Below are positions 24,237 to 35,185 of a stretch of 64,000 bases of DNA, in pieces. Numbering within the stretch: the first letter of the stretch is position 1; every line of letters starts with the position of its first letter. The translations under genes and the position numbers were made by a program. This DNA is from an uncultured Trueperaceae bacterium (GTDB lineage: Bacteria; Deinococcota; Deinococci; Deinococcales; Trueperaceae): NCBI GenBank assembly GCA_963727505.1, contig CAVSGP010000004.1:32001-96000 (forward strand), written 5' to 3'. A model generated the notes under the pieces. It had not been told where the DNA came from. It saw only the letters and a list, made by a program, of their open reading frames with translations, and did no database searches.

Positions 24237-25142
24237 TCACGACGAGGTGCGCCGCCACGTGAGCGCACCGGCCTCGAGGCGGACGTCCACCCGCCCCTGT
24301 TCACGCAGGTAGCTCAGGTAGGCCGAGATCGTGCAGAGGTTGAGGTGGTAGCGGGGGAGATCGGTCAACTCGATGCCCAGCGCCTCGCAGGCGCCGGCCA
24401 GCACCGCTTCCGTGCCCGCGCCCTCGCACGCCTGCTCCACGGCCTCGGCGGCGGCACCGATGGCCGCTCGGTTGGCGTCGGCGGATCTCCCGAGGTCCTC
24501 GCTGGGGTCGCCGTGACCCGGTAGCGCCAGGCGCGCGCCGCTGTCCCTCACGGTCTCGAGGGCGGCGAGCTGGCCGGCGATGTCCTGACCGAACGGCAGG
24601 GCGTACCGGTCGAGCACGCTGTCGCCGAAGAAGGCGTCGGCCGCCAGCAGGACGTCGTCGACGCGCAGCGCGATCTGGCGGTGGGCGTGCCCCGAGGTAT
24701 CGATCACCTCGATCGGCACACCTGCGAGCTCGAGAGGACCCGGCTCGAGCTCGACGTTCACGGGCGACGGCTCGGCTTGGAGCCACTTCGAGGTGAGCTC
24801 CCTCGGCGGCCGTGCGCCGTGGAAGAGGTACACCGGCTCGAGGTACGGCGCTCGCATGATGCTCGCCTCGAACGGGGGCGCGTAGACGGTGATCTCCGGG
24901 AACTGACGCAACAGGTAGGCGTTTCCGCCGAAGTGGTCGGCGTGCGCATGGGTGTTCACGATGGCGGTGGGGGTGACGCCGAGCGCCTCGCAGGCCTTGC
25001 GCACGTTACGGCCGTATTCCTTGTCCTGACCGCTGTCGACGATCACCGCCCGGTCGCCGTCGCCGAGGACCAGGGCGCAGTTGACTCCACCGGGCAGATA
25101 GACCACCCGTTCCGACAAGGGCAAGGGGTCGTTCCGTGCCAC
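24237..25142 (-). CDS. MBL-fold metallo-hydrolase
   Basis: THAHADHFGG, GH, D, PGHG motifs. Confidence 0.88.
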   Translation of the reverse strand: MARNDPLPLSERVVYLPGGVNCALVLGDGDRAVIVDSGQDKEYGRNVRKACEALGVTPTAIVNTHAHADHFGGNAYLLRQFPEITVYAPPFEASIMRAPYLEPVYLFHGARPPRELTSKWLQAEPSPVNVELEPGPLELAGVPIEVIDTSGHAHRQIALRVDDVLLAADAFFGDSVLDRYALPFGQDIAGQLAALETVRDSGARLALPGHGDPSEDLGRSADANRAAIGAAAEAVEQACEGAGTEAVLAGACEALGIELTDLPRYHLNLCTISAYLSYLREQGRVDVRLEAGALTWRRTSS

Positions 25143-25180
25143 ACCGCCTCCTCTCCCGCATGCGCGCCGCCGGCCGGCGC

Positions 25181-26476
25181 TCAGGACGATCCGGCCATCG
25201 TACTACCGCTCTCGCCGGGAACGTCCCCGCTCCGGTCGGCGCGCCTCAGACGGGCGATGTAGAAGCCGTCGAGCCCGTCCTCGGGAAGAACGTAGATGCC
25301 GGCGCCTGCCGGCACATGGGAGACGGGGCACGTCACGCTCTCGCTGCGGTAGTCGGCATGCCGCTCCAGGAAGGCCCGGATCTGCACCTCACCCTCCGTG
25401 TCGGTCAGCGAACACACCGCATACACCAGGCGTCCCCCCGGCGCGGTCAACGCGGCGGCGGTGTCGAGCATGGCGCGCTGGCGGGCCGCAGCCCGGTCCA
25501 CGTCCTGCGGGGCGAGCCTCAGCTTGATCTCGGGATGCCCTCGAAGGGTGCCGGTACCGGTGCAGGGCGCGTCGAGCAGCACGGCCTCGGCGGCCGGTTG
25601 CCCGACGGGCTGCGTGAGGTCGGCGGTGAGGTGCTCGGCCTCGAAACCGAGCCGCGCAAGGTTGCTCCTGCGCGCGGCCTCCTTGCGGGGATCGACATCG
25701 ACCGCTGTGACGGCGGCGCCAGCGGCCGCCAGTTGGGCGGTCTTGATGCCGTTACCAGCGGCCAGGTCCAGCACGCGCTCGCCGCGCCGCACCTCCAGCG
25801 CCAGCACCGGAAGCGAGGATGCTGGGTTCTGGGGTTGCACCAGTCCGTCTCGGAAGGCGCGCAGGCGGTCGAGCGGCAGCGGGGCGCGCACCCGCAGGGT
25901 GCCCTCGATGGGTCCCGGACGGACATCGCAGCCGTCGGCCGCCAGGCTCGCCGCGGCGCGCTCGTCGTAGCTCCGAAGCCACATCGGTCCCGGCTCCAAC
26001 ATGGCGCGTGCCGCCCGTTCGGCGGCTTCGGGGCCGACCGCGGCCTCGAAGCGCTCTGCGAGCCAGGCCGGCACGATCCGTCGCAGCTCGTCCGCTCCGC
26101 GCGGCGCCTCCACGCGACGCAACACGGCGTTGGCGAGTCCGGCGAGCTTGGGCTCGTCGGACTTGACCGCTTCCACCCAGGCGTGCACGGCCGCATGTCG
26201 GGGCGTACCCCGGACCAGCAGGTCGTAGGTGCCCAGGCGCAGAGCGGCCCGCGTCCGCTCGGGCAGCCGCTCCGGAGCGCGCAGGCGCGGCGCCAGCGCG
26301 GCGTCGACCCAGTCCAGCCGCCGCAGCGTGCCGTAGCTCAGATCGGTGACGAACGACCGGTCCATGCCCTCCAGGTCGGAGGCGTCGAGGGCGCTGCGCA
26401 GCGTGGGCGCAAGGAAAGCGCCGCGCAGAACGCGGCGCAGGATGTCGATGGCGAGGATGCGGGCCTGGGTGTGCAA
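25181..26476 (-). CDS. rsmB: RsmB/Sun family m5C RNA methyltransferase with NusB-like domain
   Basis: DLAAGNGIKT, LDAPCTGTGTLRGHPE, YAVCS, DGFYIA. Confidence 0.88.
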   Translation of the reverse strand: MHTQARILAIDILRRVLRGAFLAPTLRSALDASDLEGMDRSFVTDLSYGTLRRLDWVDAALAPRLRAPERLPERTRAALRLGTYDLLVRGTPRHAAVHAWVEAVKSDEPKLAGLANAVLRRVEAPRGADELRRIVPAWLAERFEAAVGPEAAERAARAMLEPGPMWLRSYDERAAASLAADGCDVRPGPIEGTLRVRAPLPLDRLRAFRDGLVQPQNPASSLPVLALEVRRGERVLDLAAGNGIKTAQLAAAGAAVTAVDVDPRKEAARRSNLARLGFEAEHLTADLTQPVGQPAAEAVLLDAPCTGTGTLRGHPEIKLRLAPQDVDRAAARQRAMLDTAAALTAPGGRLVYAVCSLTDTEGEVQIRAFLERHADYRSESVTCPVSHVPAGAGIYVLPEDGLDGFYIARLRRADRSGDVPGESGSTMAGSS

Positions 26477-26506
26477 CGAGGGACCCCGTGTGCCCGGCGG
26501 GGCCGG

Positions 26507-27190
26507 CTAGCGCCGGGCGGCGCCGAGGAAGTAGAGCAGGTAGGCGATGGAGGTGGCGGCCGCGGCAACGTAGGTCATGGCGGCGGCAGTGAGCACCTTC
26601 CGGGCTCCCCCCTGGTCCTGTGCGGTGACGAGGCCGAGGCGCTGGAGCTGCCCGAGGGCGCGGCGGCTGGCGTCGAACTCGACCGGCAGCGTCACCAGGT
26701 GGAAGACCACCGCGGCCCCGAACAGCACGATGCCGACCGTGAGAAGTGGTTTCCCGGCGACGCCGAGCAGCAGGCCGAAGAAGGCCAGCATCGGGCCGAA
26801 CTGGCTACCGATGTTGGCGGCGGGAAGGATGGCCGTACGCCACGACAGCGGAGCGAAGGACCGCGCATGCTGGATGGCGTGCCCCGTTTCGTGGGCCGCC
26901 ACCGCCATGCCGGCCACGCTGGCGCTGCGGAAGTTGTCGGCCGAGAGGCGGACCACCTTCTTGGACGGGTCGTAGTGGTCGGTGAGCTGCCCCTGCACGG
27001 CCTCGACCTTCACGTCGCCGATGCCGTTGGCCTCCAAGATGGCGCGCGCCACTTCGGCGCCGCTCAGCCCGGCGGTGTTGGCACGCTTCATCCAGGTCCC
27101 GTAGGTGCTCTTGAGCCAGCCCTGGATGGCGAGCGACGCGATGAACGCCACGATGCCGATGAGGTAATATCCGTAGAAGCCGAAGACCAT
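26507..27190 (-). CDS. Membrane neutral zinc metallopeptidase (YugP family)
   Basis: LTDHYDP, AAHETGHAIQ, TLPVEFDAS, AAAMTYVA. Confidence 0.92.
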   Translation of the reverse strand: MVFGFYGYYLIGIVAFIASLAIQGWLKSTYGTWMKRANTAGLSGAEVARAILEANGIGDVKVEAVQGQLTDHYDPSKKVVRLSADNFRSASVAGMAVAAHETGHAIQHARSFAPLSWRTAILPAANIGSQFGPMLAFFGLLLGVAGKPLLTVGIVLFGAAVVFHLVTLPVEFDASRRALGQLQRLGLVTAQDQGGARKVLTAAAMTYVAAAATSIAYLLYFLGAARR

Positions 27191-27273
27191 AGCCCCTTCT
27201 CGTCCTCCTTGCACGGCCACAGCGGCCGGAATGCGATCGAACCATAGGGCGCGCCTCAAGAACGACGCGCCGA

Positions 27274-27294
27274 CTTGAGCTAAGTATACTCAGG
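27274..27294. promoter_or_regulatory. HAIR-like (HspR) operator overlapping a TATACT -10 box
   Basis: CTTGAGC-N7-ACTCAGG versus consensus CTTGAGT-N7-ACTCAAG. Confidence 0.65.
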
Positions 27295-27389
27295 TTCTAT
27301 GAGAAGGCATGACAAGCCAGGGCACGGTCGGGCGTCGTGCGGCCGGCCGGCCTCGGCGGGCGGTCGCTCGCTGCGCGACCGCGCCGAGC

Positions 27390-27665
27390 TCAGGGCCTGG
27401 CGACCTCCATGGACACCACCGCGAAACGTACCGCCGTGCGTTCCTCGTTCTGAAGCTCGAGCTTGACGAACGACGGCCACGTGCGCAGGTCCAGGCCCTC
27501 CGCCTCGATGTACGAGCGTGCGATCGCGATCGCCTTCACGGCCTGGTTCACAGCATGAGGACCGATCGCTTGGACCTCGACTTCCCCCTCGTTGCGAAGG
27601 AGCGCGGCGATGGCCCCGGCGACCGAGTTGGGTCGCGACGATCCGGAGACGCGTAGGACTTCGAT
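27390..27665 (-). CDS. spoVS: Stage V sporulation protein S family protein, ATC start codon
   Basis: Manual translation (M)EVLRVSGSSRPNSVAGAIAALLRNEGEVEVQAIGPHAVNQAVKAIAIARSY... (91 aa); AGGAGG 6 nt upstream of ATC; absent from the ORF track. Confidence 0.9.
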   Translation of the reverse strand: MEVLRVSGSSRPNSVAGAIAALLRNEGEVEVQAIGPHAVNQAVKAIAIARSYIEAEGLDLRTWPSFVKLELQNEERTAVRFAVVSMEVARP

Positions 27666-27860
27666 GGTGGACCTCCTGGGGTTCCCGTCTCGGTCGAGTC
27701 ACCCCCATCCGGACCTCGATCACAACGGATGGGCTCCCAGTGGCTCGCCCTTCGACGACGTGCGTGACTCCTTCTGTTTCCCTTCCTGGCTCGGTTCGAG
27801 TCCCTCTAGTGTGCGGCATGGGAGGCGCGCCTCGCAAGCGCAAGCGCCACGTCGCCATCC

Positions 27861-27890
27861 TTGACACTCGGGCGGGCCGCTCCGTATACT
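27861..27890 (+). promoter_or_regulatory. Sigma70-type promoter of the ilv-leu operon
   Basis: TTGACA-18 bp-TATACT. Confidence 0.8.
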
Positions 27891-27898
27891 CCCCCCCA

Positions 27899-27970
27899 AT
27901 GACGAGCGCCCCCTATCCGGATGCGATGATCCACGACCTACAGCTAGGTCCAGGGGGCTCTACGGTTTAG
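27899..27970 (+). CDS. Putative ilv leader peptide MTSAPYPDAMIHDLQLGPGGSTV
   Basis: ATG 8 nt after the -10 box; ATC, CTA, CTA and GTT codons; followed by a terminator. Confidence 0.5.
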   Translation: MTSAPYPDAMIHDLQLGPGGSTV

Positions 27971-27991
27971 ACGCTTCGGCTGAGAGCCTGT

Positions 27992-28031
27992 GGCCCCGCC
28001 TCCTTCGGAAAGGCGGGGCCTTTTTCGTTTT
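27992..28031 (+). terminator. Intrinsic terminator (attenuator) upstream of ilvB
   Basis: GGCCCCGCCT-loop-AGGCGGGGCC followed by TTTTTCGTTTT. Confidence 0.85.
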
Positions 28032-28070
28032 CGACGCGACGGCAACACGAGAGATGAGGTAGGAGGAGCC

Positions 28071-29777
28071 ATGAATGGTGCAGAAGCCCTGTTGAAGGCG
28101 TTGGAGCGCCACGGTGTGGACACCGTCTTCGGCCACCCCGGAGGCGCGATCCTGCCGGTCTACGATGCCCTCTACGATTCGCCGATCAAGCACGTCCTGG
28201 TGCGTCACGAGCAGGCGGGCGCCCACGCCGCCGACGCCTACTACCGGGCCTCGGGCCGGGTCGGGGTGTGCTTCGCGACCAGCGGACCGGGGGCGACCAA
28301 CCTCGTCACCGGCCTGGCCACCGCGCAGATGGACTCCTCGGCCGTGGTGGCCGTGACCGGGAACGTGGCGACCGCGCTCATCGGTACGGACGCCTTCCAG
28401 GAGGCCGACGTCTACGGCATCACCGGTCCCGTGACCAAGCACAACTATCTGGTCAAGAATGTCGACGACATCCCGCGGGTGGTGGCCGAGGCCTTCCACA
28501 TCGCGTCCACCGGCCGGCCCGGGCCGGTCCTGATCGACCTCCCCAAGGATGTGCAGCAGGCCGAGTTCCACGGCACCTTCGACGTCGAGGTCGACCTGCC
28601 CGGTTACCGTCCGACGGTGACGGGGCACGCCAAGCAGGTTCGCAAGGCGGCCGAGGCCATCCGCGCAGCCAGACGCCCCGTGATGATGGTCGGCGGTGGC
28701 GGCCAGGTGGCTTCGGAGGAGGTCATGGCCTTCGCGCGCAAGACGGGGATCCCGGTCATCACGACCCTGATGGGCATCGGTGCGTACCCCGCTGGCGAGC
28801 GGCAGGCGCTGGGCATGCCCGGCATGCACGGAACGGTGACGGCGAACCGCGCCATCACCCACTGTGACCTCATCCTGGGAACGGGTCTGCGGTTCGACGA
28901 CCGGGTCACCGGCAAGATCAGCCGCTTCGCCCCCAACGCCACCGTGGTCCACGTCGACATCGATCCGGCCGAGATCTCGAAGCTGGTGAAGGCGCACGTG
29001 CCCGTGGTGGGGGACCTTCGCGAAGTGCTCCCCAGGCTTGCCGAGGCGCTCGAGCGCCTGGAGATCGACGACTGGTGGGCGCAACTCGAGGAGTGGAAGG
29101 GGATGTACCCCGAGCGCTACAAGACCACTCAGCCGCTGGTGTCGCAGGAGGTGATCCAGCTCCTGCGCCGGGCCACGGGCGGCGAGTGCGTCGTCGCAAC
29201 CGAGGTGGGGCAGCACCAGATGTTCGCCGCGCGGCTGTTCCCGACCACGCGACCGCGCACCTTCATCACGTCGGGAGGTCTCGGCACCATGGGCTTCGGC
29301 CTTCCCGCCGCCATCGGAGCGGCCTTCGCGCGCCCCGGCGAACAGGTGGTCCTGATCGCCGGCGACGGCAGCGTGCAGATGAACATCCAGGAGCTCGCGA
29401 CGCTCTACAAGCACCAGCTTCCCGTGGTGGTGGCCATTCTCAACAACGGCGTCCTCGGCATGGTCCGGCAATGGCAGGAGATGTTCAGCGCCAAGCGCTA
29501 CAGCGAGATCTACCTGGCAGACTCCAACCCGGACTTCGCCAAACTGGCGGAGGCTTACGGGATCGACGGGTACAACGTCTTCGACCGCGAGACGGCGGCC
29601 GAGGTCGTGCCCCGGGTTCTCGCCAAGGGCAAGCCGGCGGTCATCAACTTCTTCGTCTACGAGGCCGAGAAGGTCTTCCCGATGATCCCTGCGGGGGCCG
29701 GCGTGGACGAGATGATCGTCGGAGATCAGGAGCCCGACGGCACGCCCTCCAACGACCCGTCGGAGGTGCCCGCGTGA
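28071..29777 (+). CDS. ilvB: Acetolactate synthase large subunit
   Basis: GHPGGAILP, RHEQ, TSGPGATN, GDGS...NN; ATG 28071 with SD AGGAGG. Confidence 0.97.
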   Translation: MNGAEALLKALERHGVDTVFGHPGGAILPVYDALYDSPIKHVLVRHEQAGAHAADAYYRASGRVGVCFATSGPGATNLVTGLATAQMDSSAVVAVTGNVATALIGTDAFQEADVYGITGPVTKHNYLVKNVDDIPRVVAEAFHIASTGRPGPVLIDLPKDVQQAEFHGTFDVEVDLPGYRPTVTGHAKQVRKAAEAIRAARRPVMMVGGGGQVASEEVMAFARKTGIPVITTLMGIGAYPAGERQALGMPGMHGTVTANRAITHCDLILGTGLRFDDRVTGKISRFAPNATVVHVDIDPAEISKLVKAHVPVVGDLREVLPRLAEALERLEIDDWWAQLEEWKGMYPERYKTTQPLVSQEVIQLLRRATGGECVVATEVGQHQMFAARLFPTTRPRTFITSGGLGTMGFGLPAAIGAAFARPGEQVVLIAGDGSVQMNIQELATLYKHQLPVVVAILNNGVLGMVRQWQEMFSAKRYSEIYLADSNPDFAKLAEAYGIDGYNVFDRETAAEVVPRVLAKGKPAVINFFVYEAEKVFPMIPAGAGVDEMIVGDQEPDGTPSNDPSEVPA

Positions 29778-30304
29778 GTGCCGCTCGCCACGTGATGAGC
29801 GTGACCGTGCGCGACCGTCCCGGCGTGCTGGTCCGCATCGCCGGGCTCTTCGCCAGGCGCGGCTTCAACATCGAGTCGTTGTCGGTGGCGCAGTCCGAGG
29901 AACCGGGCGTCAGCCGGACCACCTTCGTCGTCAACGGCGAGGACTCCGTCCTGGAGCAGGTCCAGAAGCAGCTCCAGAAGCTGATCGATGTCATCAAGGT
30001 GATGGACCACAGCCAGGCGAAGTTCGTCGACCGCGAGCTGATGCTCATCAAGGTCGCGGTGCGCACCCCCGAGGACCGGGTGGAGATCCGCCAGATCGCG
30101 CAGGACTTCCGCGCCCGCATCGTCGACGTGGCCCGCCACGCGCTCGTCTTCGAAGTCACCGGGGACGAGGGCAAGATGAACGCCTTCATCGCCCAGATGC
30201 GCGACTTCGGGATCGTCGAGCTCATCCGCACCGGTCGCGTGGCGCTGCCGCGCAGCGAGTCCGACCCCGAGCGACTACCCTCGGTCCGGTCTCGAGCCGC
30301 CTGA
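29774..30304 (+). CDS. ilvN: Acetolactate synthase small subunit
   Basis: PGVLVRIAGLFARRGFNIESL, RELMLIKV; GTG overlaps the ilvB stop. Confidence 0.95.
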   Translation: MSAARHVMSVTVRDRPGVLVRIAGLFARRGFNIESLSVAQSEEPGVSRTTFVVNGEDSVLEQVQKQLQKLIDVIKVMDHSQAKFVDRELMLIKVAVRTPEDRVEIRQIAQDFRARIVDVARHALVFEVTGDEGKMNAFIAQMRDFGIVELIRTGRVALPRSESDPERLPSVRSRAA

Positions 30305-30439
30305 GCTCGCCGCTTCCGTATCCACCGGCAGCCGGGCGCCAGACCCGGACACCCCCACCGTGCGCCGGTTCGCCGCACCGCGGTCCCCGACGGTCCGTGC
30401 GTAACCGAGCAACCCTCGAACGAAGGAGATCCCCTCAGC

Positions 30440-31441
30440 ATGGCGACCATCTACTACGACGACGACGCGAACCTCGAGCACCTCAGCGGCCAGACCATCG
30501 CCGTGATCGGCTACGGCTCCCAGGGGCATGCCCACGCCCTCAACGCCAAGGAGTCCGGCCTGGACGTGGTGGTCGGGCTGCGAAAGGGCTCGGCGTCCTG
30601 GCAGCAGGCGGAGAAGGCGGGCCTCAAGGTGATGGACGTCGACGCCGCCGCCGAGGCCGGTGACCTGGTGATGGTGTTGCTCCCGGACGAGGTCCAGGGC
30701 GCCGTCTACCGCGAGCAGATCGCCCCGCACCTGCACGACGGGAATGCCTTGTTGTTCGCGCACGGCTTCAACATCCACTTCCACCAGGTACAGCCGCCGG
30801 CCGGCGTCGACGTCTTCATGATCGCTCCGAAGGGACCGGGGCACCTGGTGCGCCGGGTGTACACCGAGGGGGCAGGGGTGCCCTGCCTGGTCGCCATCCA
30901 CCAGGACGCCTCCGGCACCGCCATGCAGCGGGCGCTGGCGTATGCCAAGGCCATCGGGGGTACGCGTGGAGGCGTGCTGGAAACGACCTTCAAGGAGGAG
31001 ACCGAGACCGATCTGTTCGGCGAGCAGTCGGTGCTGTGCGGCGGCGTGACGTCGCTGATGGAGGCGGGGTTCGAGACCCTGGTCGACGCGGGGTATCAGC
31101 CCGAGATCGCCTACTTCGAGTGCGTGCACGAGATGAAGCTGATCGTGGACCTGATCTACGAAGGTGGCTTCGAACGGATGCGCTACAGCATCTCCAACAC
31201 GGCCGAGTACGGCGACTACCTGACCGGCCCCAGGATCGTGACCGACGACACGCGTGAAGAGATGAAGCGTGTGCTGCGCGATATCCAGACCGGTTCGTTC
31301 GCTCGTGAGTTCCTGCTGGAGAACCAGGTGGGACAGCCGCGCTTGAAGGCGCAGCGTCGCGCGACGGGGGAGACGCTGGTGTCGCAGGTGGGACGCAAGC
31401 TCCGCAAGATGATGCCGTTCATCGCGAAGGGCAACGCCTGA
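30440..31441 (+). CDS. ilvC: Ketol-acid reductoisomerase
   Basis: [25 protein letters not shown]. Confidence 0.97.
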   Translation: MATIYYDDDANLEHLSGQTIAVIGYGSQGHAHALNAKESGLDVVVGLRKGSASWQQAEKAGLKVMDVDAAAEAGDLVMVLLPDEVQGAVYREQIAPHLHDGNALLFAHGFNIHFHQVQPPAGVDVFMIAPKGPGHLVRRVYTEGAGVPCLVAIHQDASGTAMQRALAYAKAIGGTRGGVLETTFKEETETDLFGEQSVLCGGVTSLMEAGFETLVDAGYQPEIAYFECVHEMKLIVDLIYEGGFERMRYSISNTAEYGDYLTGPRIVTDDTREEMKRVLRDIQTGSFAREFLLENQVGQPRLKAQRRATGETLVSQVGRKLRKMMPFIAKGNA

Positions 31442-31490
31442 CCCGGCGGCCGACGGCGCGACCGGGACGTAGGAGAGAGAGTCGATCGAC

Positions 31491-33050
31491 ATGGCCCACA
31501 TCAAGATCTTCGACACCACGCTGCGCGACGGCGAGCAGTCGCCGGGCGTCGCGCTCAACACCAAGGAGAAGGTCGAGATCGCGCGCCAACTGGCGCGTCT
31601 CGGCGTGGACGTGATCGAAGCGGGGTTCCCGATCGCGTCGGAGGGGGACTTCCAGTCGGTGCGCGAGATCGCGCGGGCCATCCAGGGAGAGGACGAGCGC
31701 GTGGTCGTCGCCGGCCTGGCGAGAGCCTCCAAAGGCGACATCGAGCGCGCTGCCCAGGCCGTCGAGGGAGCCGCCCGCCCGCGGATCCACACCTTCATCG
31801 CGACCAGCCCCATCCACATGGAGAAGAAGCTGAAGCTCACGGCCGACCAGGTGGTCGAGCGGGCGATCGAAGCCGTGCGCTTGGCCAAGAGCTACGTCGA
31901 TGACGTGGAGTTCAGCGCCGAGGACGCCGGCCGGAGCGACCGTGCCTTCCTGGTGCGCATCTTCACCGAGGCCATCAGGGCCGGGGCCACGACGATCAAC
32001 GTGCCCGATACCGTCGGATACATGATGCCCTGGGAGTACGGCTCCCTCATCCAGCATCTGCGTGAGCATGTCCCCGGGATCGAAAACGTGGACATCAGCG
32101 TGCATTGCCACGACGACCTCGGATGCGCCGTGATCAACAGTCTCGCCGGAGTCCAGAACGGCGCCACGCAGGTCGAGTGCACCGTCAATGGCATCGGAGA
32201 GCGCGCCGGGAACGCTTCCCTGGAAGAGGTCGTGATGGCGCTGGAAACGCGCAAGGACTTCTGGAAGCACACCACCTCCATCGATACCACCGAGATCTAC
32301 CGCTCCTCGAAGCTGGTGTCGGGGCTGACGGGCATGCTGGTGCCGCCCAACAAAGCGGTCGTCGGAGACAACGCCTTCGCGCACGAGGCCGGAATCCATC
32401 AGGACGGCGTCATCAAGGCGCTCGAGACCTACGAGATCATGCACGCCGAGACCGTCGGCCGGCACGCCGGCGTCCTGGTCATGGGCAAGCACTCGGGCCG
32501 GCGTGCTTTCCGTCAGAACCTCGCGGAGCTCGGCTACGAGGGCCTCTCGGACGACGACGTGAACGTGCTGTTCCGGCGCTTCAAGGATCTGTGCGACCGC
32601 AAGAGCCACGTCACCAGCGAGGACATCCGTGCGCTGGTGGATGCCGAGACCACGCGCGTCCCGGAGACCTACCAGCTCCTGGCGGTGCAGTTCCAATCGG
32701 GCACCGGCATGACGCCGGTGGCCACGGTGCGGCTCAAGACCGACACCGGCATCTACGAGGAGGCGTCGACCGGCGACGGCCCGGTAGATGCGGTCTACCA
32801 CGCCATCGAGCGCGCCACGCAGCTCCCGCTGGAGCTCTCCAGCTACGAGATCCGCAGCGTAGGCGCAGGCAAGGACGCCATGGGCGAGGTGACGATCCGA
32901 GTGCAGAGCGACGGTCGCACGGTGCACGGGCGCGGGCTCTCCACCGACGTGGTCGAAGCCTCGGCCCAGGCCTACGTCGATGTGCTGAACAAGCTGGCAG
33001 CGGGGGTGGGACGCCGGACGGATGCCAGCGAGGAGATGACGGCGCCATGA
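31491..33050 (+). CDS. leuA: 2-isopropylmalate synthase
   Basis: [34 protein letters not shown]. Confidence 0.96.
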   Translation: MAHIKIFDTTLRDGEQSPGVALNTKEKVEIARQLARLGVDVIEAGFPIASEGDFQSVREIARAIQGEDERVVVAGLARASKGDIERAAQAVEGAARPRIHTFIATSPIHMEKKLKLTADQVVERAIEAVRLAKSYVDDVEFSAEDAGRSDRAFLVRIFTEAIRAGATTINVPDTVGYMMPWEYGSLIQHLREHVPGIENVDISVHCHDDLGCAVINSLAGVQNGATQVECTVNGIGERAGNASLEEVVMALETRKDFWKHTTSIDTTEIYRSSKLVSGLTGMLVPPNKAVVGDNAFAHEAGIHQDGVIKALETYEIMHAETVGRHAGVLVMGKHSGRRAFRQNLAELGYEGLSDDDVNVLFRRFKDLCDRKSHVTSEDIRALVDAETTRVPETYQLLAVQFQSGTGMTPVATVRLKTDTGIYEEASTGDGPVDAVYHAIERATQLPLELSSYEIRSVGAGKDAMGEVTIRVQSDGRTVHGRGLSTDVVEASAQAYVDVLNKLAAGVGRRTDASEEMTAP

Positions 33051-33119
33051 CGAAGGCCGGACAGTCGAGCGGCCGTAGCGACCCGGGCGGCCTCCGCTAG
33101 GGGCGGTGGGAGGCGAGAC

Positions 33120-34763
<1,644 letters not shown>

Positions 34764-34911
34764 GCGGGGCCCGGTTGTATAACCATGCTCTCGCGGCGGC
34801 CCGCCCCTTGTCGTAGGCACCGTCGTTCCGTAACCTCGCGCAGGGCGGCGGCTTCGCTTCAAAATCGCCGCATGCCGCGCGCCGACGGTATCGAGCGCGT
34901 GGCCTGCTTCG

Positions 34912-34940
34912 TTGACAGCGTTGCTCGTGAACGGTATCAT
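34912..34940 (+). promoter_or_regulatory. Sigma70-type promoter of gltB
   Basis: TTGACA-17 bp-TATCAT. Confidence 0.8.
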
Positions 34941-35185
34941 TTGCACCGAGGCCGCTCTCGAAGCGGCCGGTCTTGTAAGGAGTTGCCGCGTCCTGCAAGG
35001 CCTTGATACCTGGCGGCCAGCGTGAGGAACCCGTTGATCAAGTTGCTGATGCGAATGCCGGGGGCGGCACCCGAGGACTAGCACCTCGAGGAGCCCTGAT
35101 CCATGCGCGCCGGGCCGCGTTTCCGCAGGCGCGTCATCCGTTTTCTACAGACCGCCACGACCCTCGTCCCCCACGGGAGGATGCG

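Noticed and set aside
27309..27656. 115-aa + strand ORF apparently filling the gap
   Set aside because: Antisense shadow of the real spoVS frame
27730..27790. GCCACTGGGA and GGAAGGG motifs suggesting a cobalamin riboswitch
   Set aside because: Motif order and remaining core do not fit, and the downstream gene is unrelated
27790..27804. GGTTCGAGTCCC resembling a tRNA T-loop
   Set aside because: No T-stem pairing or cloverleaf around it
27899..28020. T-box or ykkC/ppGpp riboswitch upstream of ilvB
   Set aside because: No UGGNACC T-box or Stem I, and no ykkC consensus visible by eye
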